Source: an uncultured Gammaproteobacteria bacterium (lineage in GTDB: Bacteria > Pseudomonadota > Gammaproteobacteria > Steroidobacterales > Rariloculaceae). Taken from it: a stretch of 64,000 nt of DNA. The notes under the pieces were generated by a model, which searched no databases, was not told the origin of the DNA, and saw only the letters and a program-made list of their open reading frames with translations. The stretch is from the NCBI GenBank assembly GCA_963817615.1, contig CAWFPH010000002.1, positions 1,305,959 to 1,369,958 on the forward strand. The letters run 5' to 3'. A program made the position numbers and the translations under genes. Positions 8,715 to 17,584 of this stretch are shown one piece after another; position 1 is the stretch's first letter; the number at the start of each line of letters is the position of its first letter.

Positions 8715-9617
8715 CTAGCGCGCCGGCAGCGGGATGAACTCGTCGTCTCCGGGCACTTTGCCGAAGCGTCCCTCCTGCCAGTCGAGCTTCGCGCGCTCCA
8801 TTCGCTCGAGCGAGCTCGACACGAAGTTCCACCAGATGTGTCGCGGCCCGACCGCGGCGCCGCCGAGCACCATGAGGCGGCTCGAGGCTGTGGCCTCGAG
8901 GGTGACCGCCGCATTCGGCCGCGCGATCGCCATCGCGCCTTCCTTGAACTCGCGGCCGTCGATCCGTACTGCGCCGCTCACCACGTAGACCGCGCGCTCC
9001 GCCGCCTCCGGCAACGCGAACCGGCCGCCGCTCGGCATCTGTAGCTCGAGATACAAGGTCGGCGAATAGGTTTCGACGGGTGACTCGCAGCCGTACGCCG
9101 CACCGAGGATCACGCGCACGGCGCAACCCTCGACATCGAGCGCGGGCAGCGTCTCGGCCGGATGATGGCTGAACTTCGGCTCGATCTCTTCCTTGTCGTC
9201 CGGCAGCGCGAGCCAGGACTGAATGCCGTGCAGCCGCGAGGTCGCCGCGAAGTCGTCGCTCGCGCGTTCCGAGTGCACGATGCCTCTGCCCGCGGTCATC
9301 AAGTTCACCGCGCCGGAGCGAATCAGCTGCACGCAGCCCAGGCTGTCGCGGTGCATGATCTCGCCCTCGAACAGGTACGTGATCGTCGCGAGCCCGATGT
9401 GCGGGTGCGGGCGCACCGCGATCCCGGTGCCCGGCGGAAAGACCGCGGGGCCCATGTGATCGAAAAAGATGAAGGGCCCGACCATGCGCCGCTCGGCCGC
9501 CGGCAGCACGCGGCGCACGTCGAGCTCGCCCAGGCTGCGCGTCCGTGCTTCGATATCGAGCTCGATTGCGCCGGCCGTTGCGATGCATTCGGCCGGATAG
9601 CTCGGCTGCACGCTCAT
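8715..9617 (-). CDS. pirin family protein
   Basis: VGPFIFFDHMGP, VRPHPHIGLATITYLFEG, HRDSLG, MTAGRGIVHSE, WWNFVSS. GGAG RBS. Confidence 0.94.
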   Translation of the reverse strand: MSVQPSYPAECIATAGAIELDIEARTRSLGELDVRRVLPAAERRMVGPFIFFDHMGPAVFPPGTGIAVRPHPHIGLATITYLFEGEIMHRDSLGCVQLIRSGAVNLMTAGRGIVHSERASDDFAATSRLHGIQSWLALPDDKEEIEPKFSHHPAETLPALDVEGCAVRVILGAAYGCESPVETYSPTLYLELQMPSGGRFALPEAAERAVYVVSGAVRIDGREFKEGAMAIARPNAAVTLEATASSRLMVLGGAAVGPRHIWWNFVSSSLERMERAKLDWQEGRFGKVPGDDEFIPLPAR

Positions 9618-9803
9618 CTGTCGTCTCCGTTCGCGGTGGTTTACGCCAATTGCGACCGTAGCACGGCCGCCGGCCGGTGTGCCTACGCTCGGGCAGGCGC
9701 GGGGCCTCGACATCGCGGCGCGTCCACCTACACTAAGCTCCCGGGGGTGGCCGCCGGCAACGCGCGGCGCGGGCCGCGGGACGAATGACGGGAGCGGCGG
9801 ACC

Positions 9804-10121
9804 ATGAGGCGAATCATCTATGCGATGGCCGGAGTCTGGGGCGCATTGATCGTCGCGTCGTTTCTGGTCTTCCAGATCGTGGAGCCTACCGGCGACGGTT
9901 TCGCGAACGATCTCAACCGGTTGAGCTCTTTTCTGACTTGGCAGGCTGCCGCCTTCGTGTTCGCGATCGTGCTCGCGCTCGTCACGCGCCAAGCGGTCGC
10001 GCGCGGCGTCGTGCAGGTGAAGCTCGCGGGTTACGTGCCGCTCGCGGCAAGTCTGTTCTTGATAGGCTCGCTGATCGCGATCATCGCGATCCGCGTGTTC
10101 GTCGAGCCGCTGTTCAAGTAG
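9804..10121 (+). CDS. small membrane protein, 3 TM, unknown function
   Basis: Hydrophobic helices, EPTGDGF-x-x-x-LNR-x-x-x-FL-x-WQ loop motif, GGAG upstream. Confidence 0.7.
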   Translation: MRRIIYAMAGVWGALIVASFLVFQIVEPTGDGFANDLNRLSSFLTWQAAAFVFAIVLALVTRQAVARGVVQVKLAGYVPLAASLFLIGSLIAIIAIRVFVEPLFK

Positions 10122-10163
10122 CGCGCGCCCTCGCACGGCGCAACGCGACGTCGCGACGGGCGG

Positions 10164-10643
10164 TCACGCTTGAGTGGTGCCGGGCTGGCCGACCGGACCC
10201 TTGTTCGCCGGGTCGACGAAGATGCGCGTGATGTGGCGCTCGGAGATCCGCCAGCACCCGTCTGCGCCGCGCGCGTAGACGTCGTCGAAGTCGGCGACGA
10301 GCGTCGGAATCGCCGGCGCGAGCGGCGGCTCGCCGTTCTGGCCGAACGTCATGCACACGCACGTGCCCCGCGCTCGCGTCGCGCTTTCGATCGTGAGCTT
10401 GAGCCCCGAGTACAAGTGGCGCGAGGTGCGCGGCGACGACGAAGTACGGCTGCGAAAGACGCGCTCCAGGTCGCCCTTGCCCCGCGAGCGGCGCGTGCCG
10501 TGCGTGTAGTACACGTCGTCGGTGAAGAGCTCGAGCAGCGCTTCCACCTCGTTGTGGTCGAGGTGATAGCAGAACGCCGTGTTCAAGTCTTCGAGCGCGA
10601 CACGGATGGTGAGCCGCTCGAGATCGTCTAGGTCAGCCGCCAC
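10164..10643 (-). CDS. SnoaL-like / NTF2-fold protein
   Basis: GTG start with GGAG RBS, overlapping the FAH gene end. LNTAFCYHLDH...LELFTDD...RTSRHLYS...ADFDDVY...WRISERHI. Confidence 0.82.
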   Translation of the reverse strand: MAADLDDLERLTIRVALEDLNTAFCYHLDHNEVEALLELFTDDVYYTHGTRRSRGKGDLERVFRSRTSSSPRTSRHLYSGLKLTIESATRARGTCVCMTFGQNGEPPLAPAIPTLVADFDDVYARGADGCWRISERHITRIFVDPANKGPVGQPGTTQA

Positions 10644-11617
10644 TGGCCTATCTCCCGTCGTTCGACGATGACCGGGCTCACCTGCGTCCCGAGCCCTTCG
10701 ATGTCGATCTCGATCGGGCCAGCGACGATTTGCAGGTTCGCATGGTGGATCGATTTGCGCGTCGCGCCGGGCTTGAACGCGGTGCCGAGCGACACCACGT
10801 CGCCGGGCTCGAGCGTCTGGAATTGGCTGATGAAGCTCACGACCTCCGCGACCTTGTAGTTGTAATAGCGCGTGCTGTCTTCGGCGATCAGCTCGCCGCC
10901 GACCTTGCACTTGACCGTGAGGTCGTCGGGGTTCGCGATCTCGTCGGCCGTGACGAGCCACGGACCCATCGCACCGAACGAGTCGCTGCCCTTGTAGCGG
11001 CCGGCGTACGACAAATGCTGCTCGACGCGCTCCGTTTCGTTCGGATTGTCCTTCTTCGCATACACGGCGTAGTAATGAAACCGATCCTCGGCGCGCATCC
11101 CGTTGCCCGTGATGTCGTCGAAGATCGTGTAGCCGAACACTGCATCCAGTGCCTCGTGCGGGGCGACGTCGCGCGTCGGTCGGCCGATCACGAGCGCGAG
11201 CTCGGGCTCCGGGTGCACGCTGCCGTAGTAGCTGCGAATGCGAATCGGGTCGCCGTGGCCGACGAGGCAAGACGCCGGCTTCAAGAAGAACGCGGGGTGC
11301 TCGGGTGCGCTGATCTTGCGGGCGTTGCTCGCCGAGTTGTTCATCGCGACCGCACAGATTTTGCCGGGCCGCACGGGCGGCAGCCACGCCACGTCGGCGG
11401 CTGCGATGCGCTCTACCGAGAGGTCGGCGCGAGCGGCTCGCAGAGCGCCTTCGAGCGCCGTGCGTACGTGAGTGCCGCCGCGAATCAGGTCGAGCATGTC
11501 GTGCGGCGCGGTTTGACCCGCCGCCGCGAGCAGCCGCTCGACGTCGACGAGCGCGCCGTCCGTCACTTCCGCGACGACGAGGTCGCGGTCTTCGAATCTC
11601 ACCGTTGCGAGCTTCAT
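10628..11617 (-). CDS. fumarylacetoacetate hydrolase family protein
   Basis: PPVRPGKICAVAMN, PAFFLKP, HPEPELALVIG, GYTIFDDIT, KGSDSFGAMGPWLVT, TLEPGDVVSLGT. Confidence 0.9.
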   Translation of the reverse strand: MKLATVRFEDRDLVVAEVTDGALVDVERLLAAAGQTAPHDMLDLIRGGTHVRTALEGALRAARADLSVERIAAADVAWLPPVRPGKICAVAMNNSASNARKISAPEHPAFFLKPASCLVGHGDPIRIRSYYGSVHPEPELALVIGRPTRDVAPHEALDAVFGYTIFDDITGNGMRAEDRFHYYAVYAKKDNPNETERVEQHLSYAGRYKGSDSFGAMGPWLVTADEIANPDDLTVKCKVGGELIAEDSTRYYNYKVAEVVSFISQFQTLEPGDVVSLGTAFKPGATRKSIHHANLQIVAGPIEIDIEGLGTQVSPVIVERREIGQWRLT

Positions 11618-11659
11618 GTCGAAAAACCGATTTGAGTCTGATTCGGAAGGAACTAGGCG

Positions 11660-13213
11660 TCAGCCGTGCGTAGGCATCGTGAACTCCGGGCCCTTGCTGC
11701 CCGCGTCGGGCCAGCGCTGCATCACGGACTTGTACCGCGTGTAGAAGCGCACGCCCTCTTCGCCGTAGATATGGTGATCGCCGAACAGGCTCCGTTTCCA
11801 GCCGCCGAACGAATGGAACGCAGCCGGCACCGGCAGCGGCACGTTGATGCCGACCATTCCGGCCTGCACGCGGCGCGCGAATTCTCGGGCGACTCCGCCG
11901 TCGCTCGTGTAGCAGGCTGCGCCGTTGCCGTACTCGTGGGCGTTCACGAGCTCGAGCGCCGCTGCAAAGTCGCGGACGCGCACGATCGATAGCACGGGGC
12001 CGAAGATCTCCTCGCGATAAATGCGCATCGCGGGCGTCACGTGATCGAAGAGCGTGGGTCCGAGGAAGAACCCGCGCTCGCGGCCCGCGACCACGAGCCC
12101 GCGGCCGTCGACGGCGAGCTTGGCGCCGGCCGCGATGCCATCGTCGATGTAGGCTCGCACCTTGTCGCGATGTGCGGCCGTGACGAGAGGGCCCATGTCG
12201 GCGTTCGGATCGGTGCCGTCGCGCACCCGCAGCCGCTCGATGCGTTCGGCGATCTTCGCGGCGAGCGCATCGCCGCAGTCGCCGACCGCTACGGCGACCG
12301 CGATCGCCATGCAGCGCTCCCCCGCCGAGCCGTAACCCGCGCCGACGAGCGCGTCGGCGGCCTGATCGAGATCCGCGTCGGGCATCACGACGAGGTGATT
12401 CTTCGCGCCGCCGAGCGCCTGCACGCGCTTGCCGTGCTGCGTGCCGAGTCGGTAAACGTGCTCGGCGATCGCGGTCGAGCCGACGAAGCTGATCGCGGCC
12501 ACGTCCGGGTGCTCGAGCAGCGCGTCGACCGCTTCCTTGTCCCCCTGCACCACGTTCAGCACGCCGGGCGGGGCACCCGCGCGCTCGACCATTTCCGCGA
12601 GCGCGAGCGATGCGCTCGGGTCGCGCTCGCTCGGCTTGAGCACGAACGTGTTGCCGCAGGCGAGCGCCACCGGAAACATCCAGAGAGGCACCATCGCTGG
12701 AAAATTGAACGGCGTGATGCCGGCGCAGACGCCGAGCGGCTGGCGCATCGACCAGTTGTCGATGCCGGTGCCCGCGTTGTCGCTGTGCGCGCCCTTGAGC
12801 AGCTGCGGGATGCCGCACGCGAACTCGACGACCTCGATGCCCCGCGCGACTTCGCCCTTCGCGTCGGACAGCACCTTGCCGTGCTCGCGCGTGATCAACG
12901 CCGCGAGGTCCCCGTGGCGCGCGTCGAGCTCTGCCTTCAGCTTGAACAGCACGCGCGCGCGCTTGAGCGGCGGCGTGTCGCGCCAGGCGGGCCAAGCAGC
13001 GTTAGCCGCGGCGACCGCGCGGTCGACTTCCGCGCGGGAGCCGAGCGCGACTTCGGCGATCGGTGCACCGGCGGCGGGGTCGAACACCGGCGCCCGGCGA
13101 GTGCCGCCCGCATCAGGGCGCCCCGCGATGTGGTGGCCGATCAAGGACGCCCCGCGCTCGGCGCGCGGCCGCCCGGTCGGTGCACCGCGCGCTTCTTTCA
13201 GATCGACGCTCAT
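11660..13213 (-). CDS. mmsA: CoA-acylating (methyl)malonate-semialdehyde dehydrogenase
   Basis: [71 protein letters not shown]. Confidence 0.93.
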   Translation of the reverse strand: MSVDLKEARGAPTGRPRAERGASLIGHHIAGRPDAGGTRRAPVFDPAAGAPIAEVALGSRAEVDRAVAAANAAWPAWRDTPPLKRARVLFKLKAELDARHGDLAALITREHGKVLSDAKGEVARGIEVVEFACGIPQLLKGAHSDNAGTGIDNWSMRQPLGVCAGITPFNFPAMVPLWMFPVALACGNTFVLKPSERDPSASLALAEMVERAGAPPGVLNVVQGDKEAVDALLEHPDVAAISFVGSTAIAEHVYRLGTQHGKRVQALGGAKNHLVVMPDADLDQAADALVGAGYGSAGERCMAIAVAVAVGDCGDALAAKIAERIERLRVRDGTDPNADMGPLVTAAHRDKVRAYIDDGIAAGAKLAVDGRGLVVAGRERGFFLGPTLFDHVTPAMRIYREEIFGPVLSIVRVRDFAAALELVNAHEYGNGAACYTSDGGVAREFARRVQAGMVGINVPLPVPAAFHSFGGWKRSLFGDHHIYGEEGVRFYTRYKSVMQRWPDAGSKGPEFTMPTHG

Positions 13214-13307
13214 GCGAGCGATCTTACTCCAGTGCGCGCCGCAAGAGGCCGGCACGCCCGCCCGGCCAGGGGGAGAGCGACGGTAGGCGAGCGTGCCGGC
13301 TTTGCGC

Positions 13308-13939
13308 TTACAAGGAGTCGAGGAACGCGAGCAGCAGCGCGCGGTCGGCCGCGCCGAGTCCCTTGTACTTGGTGGTTACGCCCCTCGCTTGTCCCGCGTG
13401 CCGCAGGATCGCTTCATTGTTCGTGAACGTGAGCCCGTCGTGCATCAGCCGGTTGCGGGTGCGTAGTCCCCAGAGCGGCGCTGTGCGCACCTTATTGGCG
13501 GTGGCCGGCAAGTCGGGTGTCACCGGAATACCGTCACCCGTGCCGATGTCGTGCACCAGGAAGTCGCTGTACGGGTGGAATACCCTATTGCCGATCGCGG
13601 CCGGCACCGTGTAAGTGCCGCCGTTGATCGGAGTGCCGGGCGGCACGGTGTGCGACGTATCGGTGTGGCACACGGCGCAGCCGATGCCCTTGAAGATCGT
13701 CTCGCCCGCGAGCACGTCGGCCGTGATCTTGGCGCGCCGGTGCTTTCGTCGAGCGCGTTCGTGACGTTGTCGAAACCGGTGGGCGCTTCGCTGAACGTGC
13801 GCGCCGGGGTCGTCGGCTCTTCGGTCGCCGTGCTGCCCTTCGGCGTCAGACGTTCGCGCAGCGTTTGCGCGTAGGTGGGAGCGGTTGCGATGGCCGAGCC
13901 GAGCAGCGCGGCGAACGCAACGGTTCGATGGGTAGACAT
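13308..13939 (-). pseudogene. di-heme oxidoreductase (DHOR)-family gene remnant with internal deletion and frameshifts
   Basis: GGAGGAG RBS and signal peptide...EAPTGFDNVTN in frame A, RSTKAPAR in frame B, KITADVLAGETIF-x-x-IGCAVCH...YSDFLVHDIG...RTAPLWGLR...MHDG...AILRHAG...LLAFLDSL in frame C. Confidence 0.8.
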
Positions 13940-14255
13940 GATCTCCTCCCTGATGTGAGCGACGTGGCGTCGTTCTCTAGTAGTAGTCTTGGCGAGCCGG
14001 CCGCGATTGCACTCGTCCGCTCGCTGTGAGTGCCGCAGAGCAAGGTTCGTACCAATCGGCACGCCGAGTGCCGAAACAATCGCTTAGCTCACTCAAGCAA
14101 GCAGCGGGAGGCGCGTGATTGTCTGTATTGCGCGACGTTCGTATGCGCGCGGTTCGGTAGCCTGCGCTGCGAGCACGCCGCGAACCCGCGCGGCCGTTAC
14201 GTTCGCATTACGATTGCGCGGGGAATGCGCCGCGTCGGCGATCGCCGACGCGCCT

Positions 14256-15407
14256 TTAGTGCTGATGCGACTTGAAGATTCGAATTTGCGCGTTGAAGTC
14301 GGCGGCGGCTTGGTCCATGAGGCCGACGATGCGGTTGTGCTCGCCGATTGCCGCGTTGCGGTCCGCCGTCTTGCGATCTTTGTCGTCGGCGACGCGATCC
14401 ACACATGCGATGTACGCCTCGCCTGCGGCGACGAACTCGCGCACCTTCTTTTGGCCCGCGAGCATCTCGACCTCGCTCGCCGTGCTGCCGTCGATCGGTC
14501 CCGGCGGCTTCGGAGCGGCACAATCGTCGACTTGTTGCGCGACGGCCGCCTCGGCCTGCGGCTCGGTTTGCTTCAAGAGCGCCTGTGCTGCGGCATAGTC
14601 CGGCGCGTTCGGCGCATTCACGGCGAAGTACTCGTCGAGCACGTAGCGCGCGCGCTGGGGGCGGCCGAGCGCGAGCGCGGCTTTCGCCTCGAGCAGGACG
14701 ACTTGGGGGTCCGGCGCGCCGCAAATCGCGCGATAGAGCTCGACCGCTTGCAGCGCGTCGGCGAAGTGCTCGTTCTCCGTCGCTTCGCGCATTCGGCGGA
14801 CGAGCTCGGCGGAACGGCCCTCCTTCGGCAGCGTGTCCAGGGCCGTTTCGTCGAGCCGCACGATCGAGGTGATGGCAATGAGCGGCATCGGCACGTCGGC
14901 CTTGAGCGGTCCCGCCGCTCCTGTCGGCAAGGCCCCGATCCGATCGACGGCGCTCATCCCGTCCTTCACGCGGCCGAACACGGTGTAGCCCGTCAACGCG
15001 CCGCTCGTGTCGAGATCCGCGTTGTCTTCTAGGTTCACGAAGAACTGCGCGGTGGCCGAGTCCGGATCGTTCGCGGTGCGTGCGGCTGCGACGGTCGTAC
15101 GCCGGTTGCTCAGACCGTTGCTCGACTCGTTAGCGACCGGCGGCAGAGTGGCCCGTCCCTCGAGCTTGCGGTCGAAGCCTCCGCCCTGGACGACGAATCC
15201 TTTTACTACGCGATGGAACACGGTGCCCGCGTAGTAGCCCATGTCCACATAGCGCAGGAAGTTTTGAACCTGCAGCGGCGCCTGCTCGTCGGCAAGCTCG
15301 ATCACGAAGCGGCCTGCGTCGGTGCAGACCGCGACATCCGTGGCGCGTGCGCCGCTCGACCACACGAGCGCGAGCAATACTGCGCCTACGGCGATTTTCT
15401 GTCCCAT
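14256..15407 (-). CDS. periplasmic cyclophilin-type PPIase with C-terminal helical extension
   Basis: Signal peptide, APLQVQNFLRYV, FHRVVKGFVVQGGG, ARTANDPDSATAQFFVNL, GYTVFGRV, then about 190 aa extra. Confidence 0.88.
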   Translation of the reverse strand: MGQKIAVGAVLLALVWSSGARATDVAVCTDAGRFVIELADEQAPLQVQNFLRYVDMGYYAGTVFHRVVKGFVVQGGGFDRKLEGRATLPPVANESSNGLSNRRTTVAAARTANDPDSATAQFFVNLEDNADLDTSGALTGYTVFGRVKDGMSAVDRIGALPTGAAGPLKADVPMPLIAITSIVRLDETALDTLPKEGRSAELVRRMREATENEHFADALQAVELYRAICGAPDPQVVLLEAKAALALGRPQRARYVLDEYFAVNAPNAPDYAAAQALLKQTEPQAEAAVAQQVDDCAAPKPPGPIDGSTASEVEMLAGQKKVREFVAAGEAYIACVDRVADDKDRKTADRNAAIGEHNRIVGLMDQAAADFNAQIRIFKSHQH

Positions 15408-15554
15408 CGCTCGATGTTCCCGCGGAGGTGCTGCGATTTTCCCCGGAGCATACCATCCGCTCCGACGAGGGCGCGGCGTCGGCTCAACGTCGGCTCGTGC
15501 ATGCGTCGCCGATGAGCGACCGTTCGGCCGCAATTGGCATTTGGATAAGGAGAC

Positions 15555-16163
15555 TCAGCCGGCGGACTGCTCGAGCAGCAGCTCGGCGATCTCGCGCGCG
15601 CAGCGTGCGGCGTCGCGATCCCCTTCGGCCGCTGCGACGATGCAGCCTTTCATCAAGATGTGCCATTTGCGCGCGAGCTGCGGTGCGCCCTCGATGCCGC
15701 ATTCGGCCGCGAGCTCGGCGATGAAATCGCGGATCCGCTCGAGATGCGCGATGCTCGCCTCCCGCACGGCGCTGCCGGGCTCACTCTCGAGCATCACGTT
15801 GATGAACGCACAGCCTTCGAACTCCTCGCGGCGAAACCACTCGTCGAACACGTCGAAGATCGCGAGCAGGCGGCCCGGGCCGGGCGTTGCGCGCCGTTCC
15901 ACCTCGGCCCTGAGCCAGCTCGTGGTCCAGAGCGCGGCCCGCATCTCGAGATACTCGATCACGAGCTGCTCTTTCGAGGTGAAATGGCGATAGAGCGTCA
16001 TCCGGGCCACGCCCGAATGAGCGATGATCGCGTCGATGCCGACCGCGCGGATGCCTTGCCGGGAGAACAGGTCGTACGCCGCGGCGAGGATCCTCTGCCG
16101 TGCGCTGCCCCCCGGCGGCGCGAACGGGGCCGACAGCAATGGGCTGGCGGGGTTCGTGCTCAT
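15555..16163 (-). CDS. TetR/AcrR family transcriptional regulator
   Basis: RQRILAAAYDLFSRQGIRAVGIDAIIAHSGVARMTLYRHFTSKEQL HTH and GCAFIN. Confidence 0.93.
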   Translation of the reverse strand: MSTNPASPLLSAPFAPPGGSARQRILAAAYDLFSRQGIRAVGIDAIIAHSGVARMTLYRHFTSKEQLVIEYLEMRAALWTTSWLRAEVERRATPGPGRLLAIFDVFDEWFRREEFEGCAFINVMLESEPGSAVREASIAHLERIRDFIAELAAECGIEGAPQLARKWHILMKGCIVAAAEGDRDAARCAREIAELLLEQSAG

Positions 16164-16274
16164 GGTATCGGGGATCATACCAAGGTCCGACGACCGATAG
16201 TGACCGTTCGGGGAACTGCGCTAAGATCCGGTATCGGTGATGCGGCGTAAATGGTCGCAAGTTCGGGGGATTCG

Positions 16275-16667
16275 ATGGCAACCCAATGGCGCGTGCGACT
16301 CGCGCTGATGGCGGCGTTCGCGGCGATGGCCGGGTCGGCTGCGGCGCACCACTCGGTCGCGGGCGAGTTCGACCAAAGCAAGCGCGCGACTTTGACCGGC
16401 ACGATATCCAAGATCGACTGGATCAACCCGCACATTTACGTTTACCTCGACGTGCCGGACGAGCACGGGCAGGTCACGACTTGGCGGCTCGAGACATTGC
16501 CGACGGCGATGATGCGCAAGGCCGGGCTCAATCCTGAGCTGCTGATGGCCGGCGGCAGCAATGTCTCCGCCAAGACGATGCCCGCGCGCGACGGCACGAA
16601 GCACCTAGGTTATTTGATCAAGCTCACCTACGAGGACGGTCACTACTACCAGCTCGCGGCCGATTGA
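16275..16667 (+). CDS. DUF6152-type secreted protein (module component A, copy 1)
   Basis: Signal peptide ending AAA/HHSVAGEFD, TGTISKIDWINPH, WRLE, MRKAG. Confidence 0.85.
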   Translation: MATQWRVRLALMAAFAAMAGSAAAHHSVAGEFDQSKRATLTGTISKIDWINPHIYVYLDVPDEHGQVTTWRLETLPTAMMRKAGLNPELLMAGGSNVSAKTMPARDGTKHLGYLIKLTYEDGHYYQLAAD

Positions 16668-16700
16668 CGCGGCGCACGAGCGGTTGAACGGGGGCGTTCC

Positions 16701-17552
16701 ATGAATTCATTCGAGAGATTCAACTTGCGAAAGGCAGCGGCTGCCGCGGCGTTGGCGCTCACGTTCGGCGCCTTCATGCCGGTCGGCGTGCAGGCTCAGT
16801 CAGGGGCGGCGGCCGTGCCGCACACCGCGGACGGCCACGTGGACTTGAACGGCATCTGGGACAACGGCGCGGGCATCGACTTCGTTCAGCCGCAGCAGCG
16901 CGGCGCATCGATCTGCGTGGTCGGCTGTAAGCCCGCGGCGCCGGCCGCGGAGACGACGGCTGCATCCGCCCCGGCGCGTGCCGCTCCGGCGCCGCCGAGC
17001 AAGCCGCGCTATCGGCCCGAGTTCGCCGCGAAGGTGGCCGACCTTGCGCAGCGTCAGGTCGAGACCGACCCGGTGCTGCGCTGCTTCTCGCCCGGTCTGC
17101 CGCGCATCGGGCCGCCGGACCAGATCGTCCAGCAGCCGAGCCAGGTCGTGTTCCTGTACGACGACGTCACCGGCAATTATTTCCGCGTCGTGCCGACCGA
17201 CGGCAAGCCGCGGCCGAACGACGGCGAGCCGAAATTCCTGGGCGACGCGATCGGCCACTGGGAAGGCGACACGCTCGTCGTCGAGACGACGAACTTCAAT
17301 GATCAAACCTGGCTCACCGACGACGGCGCGTTCCACACGAAGGATCTGCGGGTCGTCGAGCGACTCAAGCGCAACGGCGACACGCTCGAGTGGGACGCTA
17401 CGGCGTACGACCCGGCCGTGCTCACTGAGCCTTGGCGGGTGACGACGCGGATCGCGCAGCGCACGGACGAGAAGGTGGCGGAAGCCGCACCGTGCCTCGA
17501 GCGCGATCTATCGCACATCGTCGACGGCTCGCATCACCCGAACGCACGCTGA
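16701..17552 (+). CDS. secreted DUF6152-partner protein (module component B, copy 1)
   Basis: Signal peptide, DLNGIW, DPVLRCFSPGLPR, GDAIGHWEGDTLVVETTNF, VVERL, DPAVLTEPW, C-terminal PCLE. Confidence 0.85.
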   Translation: MNSFERFNLRKAAAAAALALTFGAFMPVGVQAQSGAAAVPHTADGHVDLNGIWDNGAGIDFVQPQQRGASICVVGCKPAAPAAETTAASAPARAAPAPPSKPRYRPEFAAKVADLAQRQVETDPVLRCFSPGLPRIGPPDQIVQQPSQVVFLYDDVTGNYFRVVPTDGKPRPNDGEPKFLGDAIGHWEGDTLVVETTNFNDQTWLTDDGAFHTKDLRVVERLKRNGDTLEWDATAYDPAVLTEPWRVTTRIAQRTDEKVAEAAPCLERDLSHIVDGSHHPNAR

Positions 17553-17584
17553 CGGCGCAAGACGCGCGGCGCGGTGGAGCCGCG

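Noticed and set aside
10644-12995. Long N-terminal extension of the 943-aa ORF ending in the SnoaL domain
   Set aside because: Off-frame read-through of mmsA and the FAH gene. The real start is the GTG at 10643 with an RBS.
13725-13760. Programmed frameshift or selenocysteine recoding to rescue the DHOR gene
   Set aside because: No slippery sequence or in-frame TGA, two separate shifts are needed, and most of the gene is missing.
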